A program made the translations under genes and the position numbers. Below, one piece after another: positions 28,485-39,512 of a stretch of 50,219 nucleotides of DNA. The notes beneath the pieces are model-generated. The model was not told the DNA's origin. It did no database searches and worked only from the letters and a program-made list of their open reading frames with translations. Source of the stretch: Phycisphaerae bacterium (lineage in GTDB: Bacteria; Planctomycetota; Phycisphaerae; UBA1845); assembly GCA_028282665.1 (NCBI GenBank), contig JANQHN010000102.1, positions 1-50,219 of the forward strand, given 5' to 3'. Positions within the stretch are counted from its first letter, which is position 1. The number at the start of each line of letters is the position of its first letter.

Positions 28485-30310
28485 GGGTAAACGCGGTACG
28501 ACTCACCACGCAACGCCCGTTTGCGGTCAGTCTCTTTGAGGAATCTTTTGCGTAATCGAATCTCCGCGGGAGTTACTTCCACGAGTTCATCATCAGCGAT
28601 GAACTCGAGGGCAATTTCCAGCGTAAGTTCGCGCGGAGGCCTGAGCACGACCGTTTTATCTGCCGCAGCCGCCCTGATATTGGTCATCTTTTTTGCTTTG
28701 CAGATGTTCACGGCCAAATCATTGTCACGGCAGTGTTCACCCACAATCTGCCCTTCGTATACTTGCACGCCAGGACCGACGAAGAACTCGCCACGGTCAG
28801 CCAGATTGTCCAACGCATACGCAGTCACTTGGCCCGGCTCGCTTGCGATCAGTACACCATTTTGCCGGCCGGGTATATCACCGCGAAAGAACTCATACTC
28901 ATAAAACACGTGGTGCATGATCCCCGTACCATTCGTCGCGGTTAGCATTCGATTGCGAAGCCCGACTAGCCCTCGCGCGGGAATAGTAAAATCCATCACA
29001 CTTGAATCGCCCCGCGACTCCATCGAATTACAAATGCCGCGACGCCCTCCCATCAACTCCATCACCGTTCCCACGTGCAAAGACGGTACCTCAACCATGC
29101 ATTGTTCGATGGGTTCGGTTTTTTTACCGTCCAACTCACGGTAAATCACCTTGGGCTTGCCAACAGCAAGCTCATAGCCTTCACGGCGCATGTTCTCAAT
29201 TAAGACGGATAAATGCAGCATACCCCGGCCTGATACGTGCAATTCTTCCGGCGTATGGCCTTGCTCTACGCGTAATGCGACGTTGTGTTGTGTTTCTGTT
29301 TCGAGGCGGTCGCGCAAGTGCCGGGAGGTCAGGTATTCGCCCGATCGACCGACAAAAGGCGAATCGTTAATGCGGAAGGTCATATGCAATGTCGGTTCGT
29401 CAACCCGGATGATCGCAAGAGGCTTGGGTTTTTCTAGGCAGGCAATGGTATTGCCGATATCCACAGTTTCCAGACCCACCACCGCGCAAACATCGCCGGC
29501 GTATACCGCGTCAACCTTTCTTCGCCCCAAACCCTCGAAAGCGAAAAGCTCACCGACTTTTTCCTTGCGCTGTGTACCGTCGCGATGCAGAACCATGACC
29601 TCCTCGCCCGCGCGGATTGTACCTGAAAATACCCGACCAATCCCGATAAGCCCAACGTACTCACTGTAGTCGAGCGTGGTGATGAGCATCTGAAGCGGAG
29701 CGTCTGGATCCACGTCAGGGGGAGGAACCTGCTGCAAGATGGTGTCGAAAAGAACCTGGATGCCGTCCGGGCGCTCGGTCGGGTTAAGTGATGCAAACCC
29801 CTGCACACCAGAAGCGTAAACAACCGGAAATTCGAGCGCCTCCTCGTCCGCATCCAATTCAATAAACAAATCGAATACCTCATCGAGTACCGCCTTGGGT
29901 CTTGCGTCAGGGCGATCGATTTTATTAATCACGACCACCGGTTTTAGGCCATGCTCAAACGCTTTGCGCAAAACAAACCGCGTTTGCGGCATGGGACCTT
30001 CAAAGGCATCCACCAACAGCAAACAGCCATCAGCCATTTTCAGCACTCGCTCGACCTCGCCACCGAAGTCTGCATGCCCCGGCGTATCGATCAGGTTGAT
30101 CTTCGTGTCTTTGTATTTGATCGCGATGTTCTTCGAGAGAATTGTAATGCCTCGCTCTCGCTCGAGATCGTGCGAGTCCAAGATGCGGTCACCCGATACT
30201 TGCGTATCGCGAAACTGACCACATTGACGAAGCATCTGGTCGACGAGCGTCGTCTTGCCATGATCGACATGGGCAATAATGGCAATATTGCGAATCGTGG
30301 CGTTCTTCAA
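28481..30310 (-). CDS. typA: Translational GTPase TypA/BipA
   Basis: [85 protein letters not shown]; start placed at TTG 30310. Confidence 0.97.
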   Translation of the reverse strand: MKNATIRNIAIIAHVDHGKTTLVDQMLRQCGQFRDTQVSGDRILDSHDLERERGITILSKNIAIKYKDTKINLIDTPGHADFGGEVERVLKMADGCLLLVDAFEGPMPQTRFVLRKAFEHGLKPVVVINKIDRPDARPKAVLDEVFDLFIELDADEEALEFPVVYASGVQGFASLNPTERPDGIQVLFDTILQQVPPPDVDPDAPLQMLITTLDYSEYVGLIGIGRVFSGTIRAGEEVMVLHRDGTQRKEKVGELFAFEGLGRRKVDAVYAGDVCAVVGLETVDIGNTIACLEKPKPLAIIRVDEPTLHMTFRINDSPFVGRSGEYLTSRHLRDRLETETQHNVALRVEQGHTPEELHVSGRGMLHLSVLIENMRREGYELAVGKPKVIYRELDGKKTEPIEQCMVEVPSLHVGTVMELMGGRRGICNSMESRGDSSVMDFTIPARGLVGLRNRMLTATNGTGIMHHVFYEYEFFRGDIPGRQNGVLIASEPGQVTAYALDNLADRGEFFVGPGVQVYEGQIVGEHCRDNDLAVNICKAKKMTNIRAAAADKTVVLRPPRELTLEIALEFIADDELVEVTPAEIRLRKRFLKETDRKRALRGESYRVYP

Positions 30311-30508
30311 AATCAGCCCTTTATTGTGATTCAAATTCTTGCGAAGCAAATCTCTGATGCACGACCAAGTTCGTAGCGTGCGGAAGTCTAGCATGATTTG
30401 TAAATAATGCGATATGCCGATCAGCGATCGAAAAGGAAGTGTCCGTGCGCGATATGCGTGCAGAAACAGTGAAGGCGGGTACCCAAAATTCGCACATCAT
30501 TTCCGGCA

Positions 30509-30859
30509 TCACAAAGAAGCGTTCACACGATCCAGAAACTCTTCAACCGGAAAGGGCTTTTCGATCAGGGCGAACGACTCACCCGCAGCCGCCTCAACTT
30601 CATCGGCCGCGTAGCCGGTCATGACAAGCACGGCAACGGCGTGACTGTATTCGCGCACTTTGCGGATGACATCCAATCCCGTCAACGCACCGGGAAGCTG
30701 CCAGTCAACTACGAGGACATCAGGCACGAATCGCTCAAGCAACCTCAATGCCTCCGATCCGTCGCAAGCTCGAAACACGCTGTATCCTTCAAGTTCAAGC
30801 GCTTTTCCTAAATGGATTCTGAAACTTTCTTCGTCATCAACCAGAAGTACGCTCGCCAT
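30509..30859 (-). CDS. Single-domain response regulator (receiver)
   Basis: VLLVDDEE, DVLVVDWQLPG, VMTGY, IEKPF. Confidence 0.92.
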   Translation of the reverse strand: MASVLLVDDEESFRIHLGKALELEGYSVFRACDGSEALRLLERFVPDVLVVDWQLPGALTGLDVIRKVREYSHAVAVLVMTGYAADEVEAAAGESFALIEKPFPVEEFLDRVNASL

Positions 30860-30875
30860 CCGAGACTTCCTTGTG

Positions 30876-33800
30876 TTACGTTCCCCCAACTGCCGGCAGT
30901 TCAACACGAATCACGGTTCCACCCTCCAAGGATTGCAGCGCTTCGATCGAACCTCCATGATCCCTGACGATGCCGTGGGCAATACTAAGACCAAGCCCCA
31001 TCCCACCATCGGACAACCTTGTAGTGTAGAACGGGTCGAAAAGTTTGCCCACCTGTTCTTCCTTTAATCCACCACCATCGTCGAGCACGTCGCAGCGCAG
31101 CCGTGTCGCCAAGTAGGTTACATCAACGGTAACAGTCTGCGCCCCGGCGTCGAGCGAGTTGCTTATCAGGTTAAAGAAAACCTGCTCCATACCGGTTTCA
31201 TTGAGCATGCACGAATAACGCCCGACGCCTCGCAGTTGGATGCGGACACCCTGTGCGGCGGCCCTACGCTCAAGTCGATAAATCGCTCTACGAATGCAAC
31301 TAATCAGCTCCCCTTGCGTTTTGGGCGTTTCCTCCGAGCGGGCGAAACGACGAATATTTTGAATAATTTTCTTGCAGCGATTCGCATGATTAATGATCTC
31401 ACCAATGGTTTGGCGTAAGGAAGTAGATAGGTCTTTCTCGATGCAGACCATTTGCGCGGACAAAAGTATGCCACCGATCGGGTTGTTGATTTCGTGCGCT
31501 ATTCCCGATGCCAAGGTACCCAACGAAGCCAACCGCTCACTGCGACGCAACTGTTCCTGAGAACGCTCGAGTTCCTGTGTGCGCTGTTCGACCAGTTCCT
31601 CCAAGTGAAGACGGTGCTTAGCCAACTCGAATTCAACTTGCTTGCGTTCGGTGACATCTTGCGCCGCACCGATTATTCGAACCGGCTTATCTTCTTCATC
31701 CCATTCAACAGCCTCTCCGTGGGCAACGATATGACGAACGGCCTTGTCTGTCTGTCGAATTATTCGGTACTCAAGTACGTACGGATCCCGGCCTGAGAAC
31801 ACGTGATCAAAAGCCGCCTGAACTGCCGGCAAATCATCGGGGTGGACAATGGGGAATAACTCCTGCATGCTTAACCGACTCTTGGACAGGCCGTAAATCC
31901 TGCAGTGCTCATCCGTCAATTCGAACATCTGGGCTTTGATGTCGAAGTCCCATCCGCCGAGGTGCGCCATCCGGCCCGCCTCCGCGAGAATACGCCGCCC
32001 TTTCAACAAATTCGCTTGCGCTTCTTTTCTTTCTGTTATGTCCCGCGCTATCGACAAGACTGCCGTTTGTCCCTCGTAGTCAATGATGCGTGCGTTAACC
32101 TCACAGTGGATCATCTTTCCCGATCGGGTCAGTAGTTCGCGATCAAATATCTGAGCACTGTTTTCGATTAGGCTCTTGCGTTCCCGAATACACAATTCTC
32201 TTTGCGGTTCACTCATCAAATCGCCGAGCGACAGCTGCAGAAATTCTTCCCGCGAATAACCGAAGATCTCTTGCGTTTTCTTGTTGACCTGCACGAACCG
32301 GCCGTCATCGTATGGCGAGGGCAGGGTATGGACGAAGACAAAATCACCAGCCACGTCAAACAATAATCGATACAATCTCTCGCTTTCGATAGTGGCGATC
32401 TCGGCCTCGATGCGACGCGTCACATCGTTATAGATAGCGACTATTTCTCCGGAAGGAAGGCGGTATACGTCATTCTCCACCCAAGCGACGACATTCTCAT
32501 CTTCGTACTTTCGTGCAGGCAGGTGATACTGCCCCCCGCTACGATAAACGCTGCGCAGTGTGTCAAGTAGACCAATGGTTGTCACGCCGGGAAATACCTG
32601 CAAAACCGTTTGACCGATCAAGTCCTGCCTGGATCGGCGAGCAATTTTGCAGCCCGCATCATTCACTTGTTTGATCATAAAATCCCTACCATCATCAACG
32701 GGTTCGTAAACAACTACGCCGTTGCTGATGTTTTCGAAAAGCTCACGGTATCGCGCTTCGCTCTCCCGCAACGCCGCCTCTACTCGTGTCTGAGCCGAAA
32801 TATCCTCAGCATGCAAAATCACCGTGTCGGGTGGTACGTAGCCATAGGTCAAGACAAATATGCCCCGCCAGCCAACCATTAATGTAGTATGCTCAGTCGT
32901 CTTCCTCACGCTCTCGCCTGTTCTCAAACAGCGTACGGCATCTTCGAACATATCCGGGCAATCCTTCCAGAACTCCGTGGCGGGCATACCGATTAGCTTC
33001 TCGATCCTTTCGCCCACAGAATCCGCTGCCGCCTTGTTGTACGCCCGACAAACAAGCTGATCCCCTTCCGACCGAAGCGCAAATGTAGGAATCGGATCCT
33101 GTTCGAACATCCGCCTCGCACGCCTCTCACTCTCTTTCAACGCTTCCTGAGCGGCGTATCGCTCGCGCATATCACGGAAGATGCCGAAATGGACCGGGCG
33201 ACCTCCGGCCATCACCACACCACCGGAACTGATCTCGACTGGAATGTGAGTGCCGTCCTTGTGTTGAACGAGAACGTCGCAAAATCGAGTTCCTTGTACC
33301 CGCGTGGCGGTGTCAAAGCTCGAGCGAACGTGCTGTTCCTGTTCTTTGGGGTGTAATTGGGATTGGTGCATTAAGCAGATCTCCGATTTGGTATAACCGA
33401 GGAGTTCTTCCGCTTTGCGATTGGCGTCTAGCATCATCCCAGTCTTTGGGTCAGCAACAAAAATTGCATCCGACGCAGTCTCCACCAAGGTGCGATAACG
33501 ATTCTCGCTTTCGACCAAAAGTCGCTGAGCTCGTTTGCGTTCCGTGATATCCCGCACAACGCCGACCGTAAAGCGGGGCTTGCCGTTCTCATCGCGCACA
33601 AGTGAGACGTTCAGTTCCCCCCAAACAATATCTCCATCGCGCGTCATGTAGCGTTTTTCCATCTGATAAGAATTGACTTCACTTCGCAGGAGTTCCTCAA
33701 ACTGCGCATGATCGATGACGTAGTCCTCAGGATGAGAGATATCCGCGACGCGCATACCAAGCAAATCAGCAGGCTCATACCCCACCATGCGAGCCATCGC

Positions 33801-34289
33801 CGGGTTCGCTTCACGAATCACGCCGTCCAATCCGACGCAAGTTACACCCACTCCCGCATGAAGAAACATGGAACCGAGACGCTGCTCATGCTCTAAATTG
33901 GAACGTTCGAGTTGCTTGCGGTGAGTTATATCAACCCAGTATGAAACATAGACTGGCAAGCCATCCAATATAATCCGCGCGGAACTGAGTTGCACCCAAA
34001 AGACCTGCCCATCCTTGTGGAGAAAACAAAGTTCCTCGTTTCTCGCACCGTTCTTTAAAGCGTTTTGAAAAGCGATGCTATAAGTTTCTCGCTCTCGCTT
34101 AGGCCACCATGGAAAAGGCGGCTTTGTTCCCTGGAGGATTTCAGCGCCGTAACCTGTTAACTTCTCAAGTGCGCTGTTCACACGGAGAATCCGGCCTGAT
34201 GAATCAGTGACGATGATGGGCGTAGGCGCTTCCTCGAACAAGCCAGGATACTGATTTTCAGATGATGATGTTCGTTCAGTTCGTACCAT
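30876..34289 (-). CDS. Cytoplasmic sensor histidine kinase with seven PAS/PAC domains
   Basis: Seven repeats ending in D(I/V/M)(T/S/R) motifs; H-box ERLASLGTLASGIAHEINNP; N-box QVFFNLISNS; DDGGG, LFDPFYTT, GMGLGLSI; no TM segment. Confidence 0.95.
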   Translation of the reverse strand: MVRTERTSSSENQYPGLFEEAPTPIIVTDSSGRILRVNSALEKLTGYGAEILQGTKPPFPWWPKRERETYSIAFQNALKNGARNEELCFLHKDGQVFWVQLSSARIILDGLPVYVSYWVDITHRKQLERSNLEHEQRLGSMFLHAGVGVTCVGLDGVIREANPAMARMVGYEPADLLGMRVADISHPEDYVIDHAQFEELLRSEVNSYQMEKRYMTRDGDIVWGELNVSLVRDENGKPRFTVGVVRDITERKRAQRLLVESENRYRTLVETASDAIFVADPKTGMMLDANRKAEELLGYTKSEICLMHQSQLHPKEQEQHVRSSFDTATRVQGTRFCDVLVQHKDGTHIPVEISSGGVVMAGGRPVHFGIFRDMRERYAAQEALKESERRARRMFEQDPIPTFALRSEGDQLVCRAYNKAAADSVGERIEKLIGMPATEFWKDCPDMFEDAVRCLRTGESVRKTTEHTTLMVGWRGIFVLTYGYVPPDTVILHAEDISAQTRVEAALRESEARYRELFENISNGVVVYEPVDDGRDFMIKQVNDAGCKIARRSRQDLIGQTVLQVFPGVTTIGLLDTLRSVYRSGGQYHLPARKYEDENVVAWVENDVYRLPSGEIVAIYNDVTRRIEAEIATIESERLYRLLFDVAGDFVFVHTLPSPYDDGRFVQVNKKTQEIFGYSREEFLQLSLGDLMSEPQRELCIRERKSLIENSAQIFDRELLTRSGKMIHCEVNARIIDYEGQTAVLSIARDITERKEAQANLLKGRRILAEAGRMAHLGGWDFDIKAQMFELTDEHCRIYGLSKSRLSMQELFPIVHPDDLPAVQAAFDHVFSGRDPYVLEYRIIRQTDKAVRHIVAHGEAVEWDEEDKPVRIIGAAQDVTERKQVEFELAKHRLHLEELVEQRTQELERSQEQLRRSERLASLGTLASGIAHEINNPIGGILLSAQMVCIEKDLSTSLRQTIGEIINHANRCKKIIQNIRRFARSEETPKTQGELISCIRRAIYRLERRAAAQGVRIQLRGVGRYSCMLNETGMEQVFFNLISNSLDAGAQTVTVDVTYLATRLRCDVLDDGGGLKEEQVGKLFDPFYTTRLSDGGMGLGLSIAHGIVRDHGGSIEALQSLEGGTVIRVELPAVGGT

Positions 34290-34809
34290 TGATGCTCTCG
34301 CCCTAGAGCCTGCGGATTGGATTTACCATAGACCGCCCGGATATGATTATTGTACGCCGACGACAAACAACGCAGGCGTTCAACCGCGATCCTCTATTTA
34401 CGTTATGCAAAAAGGATAGCGTCACCGAAACCATTGGCACACGCATCCGCACCTAGTTTCGCAGATTGGAAGGGTGACAGACCCCGGTCATGGGGCAGAG
34501 TAAAATACGATTCTACTTGGATAACGTTACATGGCCTTTGATGCCATCATCGCGTCACTGCAATTTACAGTCCTATTGCACCCTTCCAAAACACAACCCC
34601 GTTTTCAGATATCCGTCCAGCAAATAAAGCAACCCTTAGACGGTACTAACGTGGTGTGCGCTATTCTGTCGATGTGAGTATTTTAGGCATGCAAATAAGG
34701 CTAGCCTGCGCACTGTCTACACATTAGGATAGCTTGGCGTCTTTTGAATGTGCGTCCGATATTCGACTTGCCCGACCCAAAATCCGCCCGAGTGATTGGG
34801 AGTCTGAAA

Positions 34810-35280
34810 GTGACCGATGAATCGCGATTATTAGCCATGGCAGAGGAAATCTTCGATCTTAGCGTCCTAGCTTCGCTAAGGAGAAGTTCCACACGCTCTG
34901 CCAAAACACCCGACGTCTCCGAAACTGAATTTTTAACCTTGGACATCCTCGCGAAGCATGAGCCGATAACGATCGGCGAAATCCAGAAGAAGGTTGGAGT
35001 CGTACCTGCCCAGATGTCGCGCATCGTCAGGACTCTTGAGGACACCGGCGGAAAGGGTTTTGTGCACTGCTCCATCAATCCCGAAGATCGCCGCCGAGTC
35101 GATCTGACGCTAACAGACGACGGGAAAAAGATTTACGAGTCCTACAGAAGCGAACGACTCAAGTCGACCGTGGATGTTCTCAAAGCTCTCTCTGCCGATG
35201 ATCAGGAGCACTTTCTTCGTATCCTACGCAAGATTCGCGACCACGTGGCGAAGTCCATACGCCGTAAATCACCTAAATAA
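34810..35280 (+). CDS. MarR-family transcriptional regulator
   Basis: SETEFLTLDIL, ITIGEIQKKVGVVPAQMSRIVRTLE, NPEDRRRVDLTLTDDGK; GGGAG RBS before GTG 34810. Confidence 0.92.
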   Translation: MTDESRLLAMAEEIFDLSVLASLRRSSTRSAKTPDVSETEFLTLDILAKHEPITIGEIQKKVGVVPAQMSRIVRTLEDTGGKGFVHCSINPEDRRRVDLTLTDDGKKIYESYRSERLKSTVDVLKALSADDQEHFLRILRKIRDHVAKSIRRKSPK

Positions 35281-35311
35281 AAAGCTTTACGTTTTTCGGA
35301 TTTTTATTTAG
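35273..35311. repeat. AT-rich 11 bp perfect inverted repeat
   Basis: CTAAATAAAAA-N17-TTTTTATTTAG overlapping the marR stop codon. Confidence 0.7.
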
Positions 35312-35439
35312 CGCATGCTAACCTTTCCACGGCGCGCACTGTCTACATTTTCGTAACGAATGCAAACACGGCGACGGAACTCGCCGAATCAGGCGGTGGG
35401 TGCGTCTGTAAACGGCACTTCAAAAAAGGAGGTATAGAC

Positions 35440-36264
35440 ATGTTCGCACGAAAGCAACACGGGGTCACGCTCGCAGTCGGATTGGGCCTGTTGTTCACGA
35501 CTACGTTCGCGGAGCGAGCTTCCGGTCAATACCATTACGATGATCATCGCAGCTATCGGTCGTACTACGATGAAATCGACGCTCTTTCGACCGGCACCAG
35601 CTATATGCCGACGCAACGTATATCCTGCGACCGAGACCCGTATCATCCGAGCAAGGCGGTATACTACGATGAGTCGAGATACGCAAACCAAGTCTATGGC
35701 GAACCCGTTTACGTCAACAGCACTGCCTGCCAACCCGTAGTGAGAACTAACTATTGTTCGGAGCCGGTCCACCGCACTACGTATCGACGGCGCACTGTCA
35801 AACAGCATCGGGAGGTCCGACGAACGCGCGTTTACGCACCGCATCGCTCCTATGCAGTTACGCCGAGTGTTCACGTAACCTACAGAGGACCAAATGTGCG
35901 GATGATCAAGCCCCGTCGTGAAGTCAGAGTGGTTACTCCCAGGCGTTCTGCGCGACTTGTCGTTCCCAGCCATCGCAGAAGCCACTACAGGCCTTACGAA
36001 GAACTGGTTTTCTCGCCGAGGCATCGAGTGCCGGTCCGCGAGGTCAAGCATCGCCCGTACCGCTCCTTGCGACTCAAGACGCACGATCGGCCGCACTGGC
36101 GCAGCAATCAATATCGTGGGCACAAACATTGGCGTGTCGCCCCGTCCTACAAGGTACGCGTTAACCGTTACGAACCTCGACGAGGCGTCAGTGTGGGTGT
36201 GCACTACCACGATGGATCCGGACGTTACCGCAATGGAGGGATTTCGGTCCGCTACAGGCGATAG
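35440..36264 (+). CDS. Secreted Arg/His/Tyr/Val-rich low-complexity protein
   Basis: AAGGAGG RBS; signal peptide; strongly basic R/H/Y-rich C-terminal two-thirds. Confidence 0.75.
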   Translation: MFARKQHGVTLAVGLGLLFTTTFAERASGQYHYDDHRSYRSYYDEIDALSTGTSYMPTQRISCDRDPYHPSKAVYYDESRYANQVYGEPVYVNSTACQPVVRTNYCSEPVHRTTYRRRTVKQHREVRRTRVYAPHRSYAVTPSVHVTYRGPNVRMIKPRREVRVVTPRRSARLVVPSHRRSHYRPYEELVFSPRHRVPVREVKHRPYRSLRLKTHDRPHWRSNQYRGHKHWRVAPSYKVRVNRYEPRRGVSVGVHYHDGSGRYRNGGISVRYRR

Positions 36265-36325
36265 TGGTTGTCGAACATCATCCGAGAAAATTCCAGGCTT
36301 TTTGCAAATTCTCGAACCGACTTCG

Positions 36326-36360
36326 GGGCGATGGAGAAGCCTATGGGGCATCCATCGCCC
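36326..36360 (+). terminator. Hairpin, possible terminator
   Basis: GGGCGATGGA-N15-TCCATCGCCC, 10 bp stem; weak T tail (tccttgtt). Confidence 0.4.
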
Positions 36361-36425
36361 TCCTTGTTGGAGCGAATCTGATCTGAGGCGGTACGCAATT
36401 TCGAAAAAATCCCTAAAATGCGCGG

Positions 36426-38546
36426 ATGGAACAGCAAAACTCAAAAAAACCACTCAATGGGGAAGAAGTTGGCCGCCAGGATTTTTTACCTCCGCTGGGT
36501 AGTGGTACGGATTTAACGAACTATGAAGTGAATGTTTCGCCACGCCGCCTATCGGACCGCGGCCGGCCTACTTATTGGCGACATATCCTTCCATTCGCGA
36601 TATTTCTCCTTGTGCCCATTACGTTCATGGAGGCGATCGGCGGTGGCTTGGTGTACTGGGACGACAATGTTCTGATCCAAAATTTCCACCCCTACTACGA
36701 ATTGAGCGGTCAGAACATTGTCTGGATGTTCACGACATTCGAGATGGGCCACTATCAACCGCTGACTTGGCTCTCCTTCGCCTTAGATGACTATTTCTTT
36801 GACCGAGCAAACGAATATTACCACCTCACGAGCGTTCTTCTACATGGCTTGGCGGCGCTGGCGTTTTACTTTACGGCTCGATTGCTGCTGGTCGCAGGGT
36901 TCGCCCCTGACGAATTTTCCAGTCGCAGGAATGATCTTTTCGTCATGGGGGCGGGTGTGGCCGCGTTGGTCTTTGCGCTTCATCCGCTTCGGGTGGAATC
37001 TGTAGCGTGGCTGGCTGAGAGGCGGGATGTGCTGAGTGGCTTGTTTTTTCTGATTTCGCTTTGGGCATACTTGCGGTACGTCACGGCCCAGCGAATCAAC
37101 GCAATATTCTACATGACCGCCGTGCTTGCTTGTTTGTTATCACTGCTTTCCAAAGCAACCGCAGTAACCATGTTCGCAGTTCTGATCGTACTCGACGTTT
37201 ATCCGTTGAGGCGGTTTGCCCGGGAGAAGTCGGTCTTTCACCCGTTGATCGACAAGATTCCGTTTCTTCTCATGGCGATTGTGGGCGCTGTCCTTGCATT
37301 ACAAGCCCAGGCATACGCCGGAGCGCTTCATTCGCTTGAAGAATATGGAATGTTGTCCAGAATCGCCCAGGCGTGTTACGGGTTGACATTTTACATCGTC
37401 AAAACCGTCTGGCCAACGAACCTAAGCCCGATCTATGAGATTCCCGCACCATCCGTTCTCCTGGGCCGTATGCTATGGCTTAGCCTGCTGGGGTGCGTCA
37501 TTCTCATCGGAATAGGCATCAAATATCGAAAGAAATTCCCCGCGATTCCCGCCGCCCTGTTGATCTACGCCATCCTGCTATCACCGGTCTTGGGTTTCTT
37601 CCAGAGTGGACGACAACTCGTAGCCGATCGGTACAGCTATCTTTCTTGCGGCGGTTTGGCGATTCTCCTGGGGGCGGGACTCATCATGCTGCTAAAAACA
37701 CAGTGGTTTGGTGATCGCAAAAATCGCTTCGCGTTGCTTACGGTCAGTTCCGCGGTGATGATTGTGGCGCTCGCTCACGCTTCTTACGGGCAATCGCGCG
37801 TATGGGTATCGAGGCTCGATTTGTGGCAATACGCTGTCACCGTATCGCCGCAGAGTTCGATCGCGCACACCAATTACGCCGACGCACTGGCCGAAATGGC
37901 TTTCGGCATGCGAACTCTTGATTTGGAATTGTCCGCAGAAGCTTCACAAGTTGCCCACCAACACTATCTGGCTGCGTTGAATCTCAATCCGAACGATCCG
38001 ATCACTTGGCATCACCTCGGGAAATTGCTTTATACCGGGGGGGATCTACGTGCAGCGCGTTATGCCTATTTGCAGGCGTTGCGACGAGACCCGAACAGAC
38101 GGGGCGCTCATCTGGACTTCGCGCGAATTCTGATCCGCCTGGGAGAAACAGAGACAGGAATCAAAGTTTTGCGAGATGGTATGGAAAGAACACCGGGGGA
38201 ACTCGAACTGATAGGATTCGCCGCTGACGTTTTGGCGACGCACCCGGAAGAGATTTACCGCAAACCGGAGGAGGCGCTCGACCTCATCAGCCGTCTCAAT
38301 GAAGCGGTAGGAGGCATGAACGCCTGGATACTGATGATCAAGTCGAGTACAGAGGCTTCGGTCGGTCGATTTGAGAACGCAACCGCCACCGCGAACAAGG
38401 CACTCGCCATCGCCGAGAGTGCAAACAACCGTAGGCTCGCGACTCGTATCGAACGACGACTTTCGTATTATGTAAAAAACGAACCGTACATCATGCATAT
38501 TGAAATGATTGTACCCGCCGAGTTCGGCGAGGATGATAAACACTAA
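36426..38546 (+). CDS. TMTC-like GT-C membrane protein with C-terminal TPRs (putative protein O-glycosyltransferase)
   Basis: VYWDD, YQPLTWLSFALD, YHLTSVLLH, FALHPLRVESVAWLAERRDVLS, ADRYSYL, then TPR helices. Confidence 0.85.
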   Translation: MEQQNSKKPLNGEEVGRQDFLPPLGSGTDLTNYEVNVSPRRLSDRGRPTYWRHILPFAIFLLVPITFMEAIGGGLVYWDDNVLIQNFHPYYELSGQNIVWMFTTFEMGHYQPLTWLSFALDDYFFDRANEYYHLTSVLLHGLAALAFYFTARLLLVAGFAPDEFSSRRNDLFVMGAGVAALVFALHPLRVESVAWLAERRDVLSGLFFLISLWAYLRYVTAQRINAIFYMTAVLACLLSLLSKATAVTMFAVLIVLDVYPLRRFAREKSVFHPLIDKIPFLLMAIVGAVLALQAQAYAGALHSLEEYGMLSRIAQACYGLTFYIVKTVWPTNLSPIYEIPAPSVLLGRMLWLSLLGCVILIGIGIKYRKKFPAIPAALLIYAILLSPVLGFFQSGRQLVADRYSYLSCGGLAILLGAGLIMLLKTQWFGDRKNRFALLTVSSAVMIVALAHASYGQSRVWVSRLDLWQYAVTVSPQSSIAHTNYADALAEMAFGMRTLDLELSAEASQVAHQHYLAALNLNPNDPITWHHLGKLLYTGGDLRAARYAYLQALRRDPNRRGAHLDFARILIRLGETETGIKVLRDGMERTPGELELIGFAADVLATHPEEIYRKPEEALDLISRLNEAVGGMNAWILMIKSSTEASVGRFENATATANKALAIAESANNRRLATRIERRLSYYVKNEPYIMHIEMIVPAEFGEDDKH

Positions 38547-38695
38547 AAGCAAGCTCTAGCCAAGTGCAGCGTTGGACACCGTGTTTATACTGTATCAAAA
38601 AGTCGACTTTGAACGCTACGCTCAGATTGAAGCTGCCATAGTGCTGCTCGAACGGTAATACCTCTGTATGCCTGCGCATGCCGCCAAAATTGCAG

Positions 38696-39496
38696 TCACG
38701 GAATGTCTTCCAGATTGCTGTCGAGGGTGTCGGTGATGAGCATGTGTCCCGGCTCGTGAGTGATCGCGAAGTCCGGTTTTGCATTTACCAACGCGACCAT
38801 CGGCGTTACGCCACACGCCCAAAATACGCACACTTCATCCTGACGAATCTCTACCGGATCGCCGAAGTCCGGCCGATCGATGTCGCCGATACCGATTTCC
38901 GCAGGATCGCCAATGTGAATCGGCGCACCATGGGCAGCCTCGTAGCGGGCAGTGATTCGGCGGGCTACTTTAGCCTGATCCACAGTCATCGGACGCATCG
39001 ACACCACGAGCGGTCCGCCAAACCGCCCCCCCGCAGTCGTATCGATACCGGTCTTGTACATAGGAACGTTCTTGTGCTCTTCGACGTGACGAATCGGAAT
39101 CCCCTCGCGAAGTAAGGCTGATTCAAACGTAAAAGAACAACCAATCAGAAACGATACCAAATCTCCCCGCCACCATCGCTTTAAATCAGTGGGGCGATCG
39201 ACGCATTCGCCATCTTTCAACACACGGTAGCGAGGCAGGTCCGTTCGCAGATCAATGCCTGAGCCTAACTTCCGGAGTACGTAGGCCCCCGGTTCCGTTC
39301 GCTCGAGCAATGGGCATGGTTTTGAGTTTCGCTCGCAAAAGAGAGCAAAGTCGTTTGCGCAGGATTGCGGTAGAACAACGAGGTTCACCTGGACGAATCC
39401 AGGTGCCAACCCGGTGGTGTGACCTGTGTGCTGAGCATTGCGACAACTCAGCCGAAGCTCTGCGGCCGTCGCGGTCATCGCTGCTCCCTTTCCCAT
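38696..39496 (-). CDS. DUF1445/YcsI-family putative hydro-lyase (D-glutamate cyclase-related)
   Basis: TTGLAPGFVQVNL, DFALFCERNSKPCPLL, DLRTDLPRYRV, FLIGCSFTFE, NVPMYKT, GPLVVSMRP, HGAPIHIGDP, FWACGVTP, ITHEPGHMLITD. Confidence 0.93.
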   Translation of the reverse strand: MGKGAAMTATAAELRLSCRNAQHTGHTTGLAPGFVQVNLVVLPQSCANDFALFCERNSKPCPLLERTEPGAYVLRKLGSGIDLRTDLPRYRVLKDGECVDRPTDLKRWWRGDLVSFLIGCSFTFESALLREGIPIRHVEEHKNVPMYKTGIDTTAGGRFGGPLVVSMRPMTVDQAKVARRITARYEAAHGAPIHIGDPAEIGIGDIDRPDFGDPVEIRQDEVCVFWACGVTPMVALVNAKPDFAITHEPGHMLITDTLDSNLEDIP

Positions 39497-39512
39497 GCAA
39501 AAACTAACATCA

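Noticed and set aside
35389-36453. 354 aa minus-strand ORF
   Set aside because: Antisense shadow of the R/H/Y-rich gene, which has the strong RBS and signal peptide.
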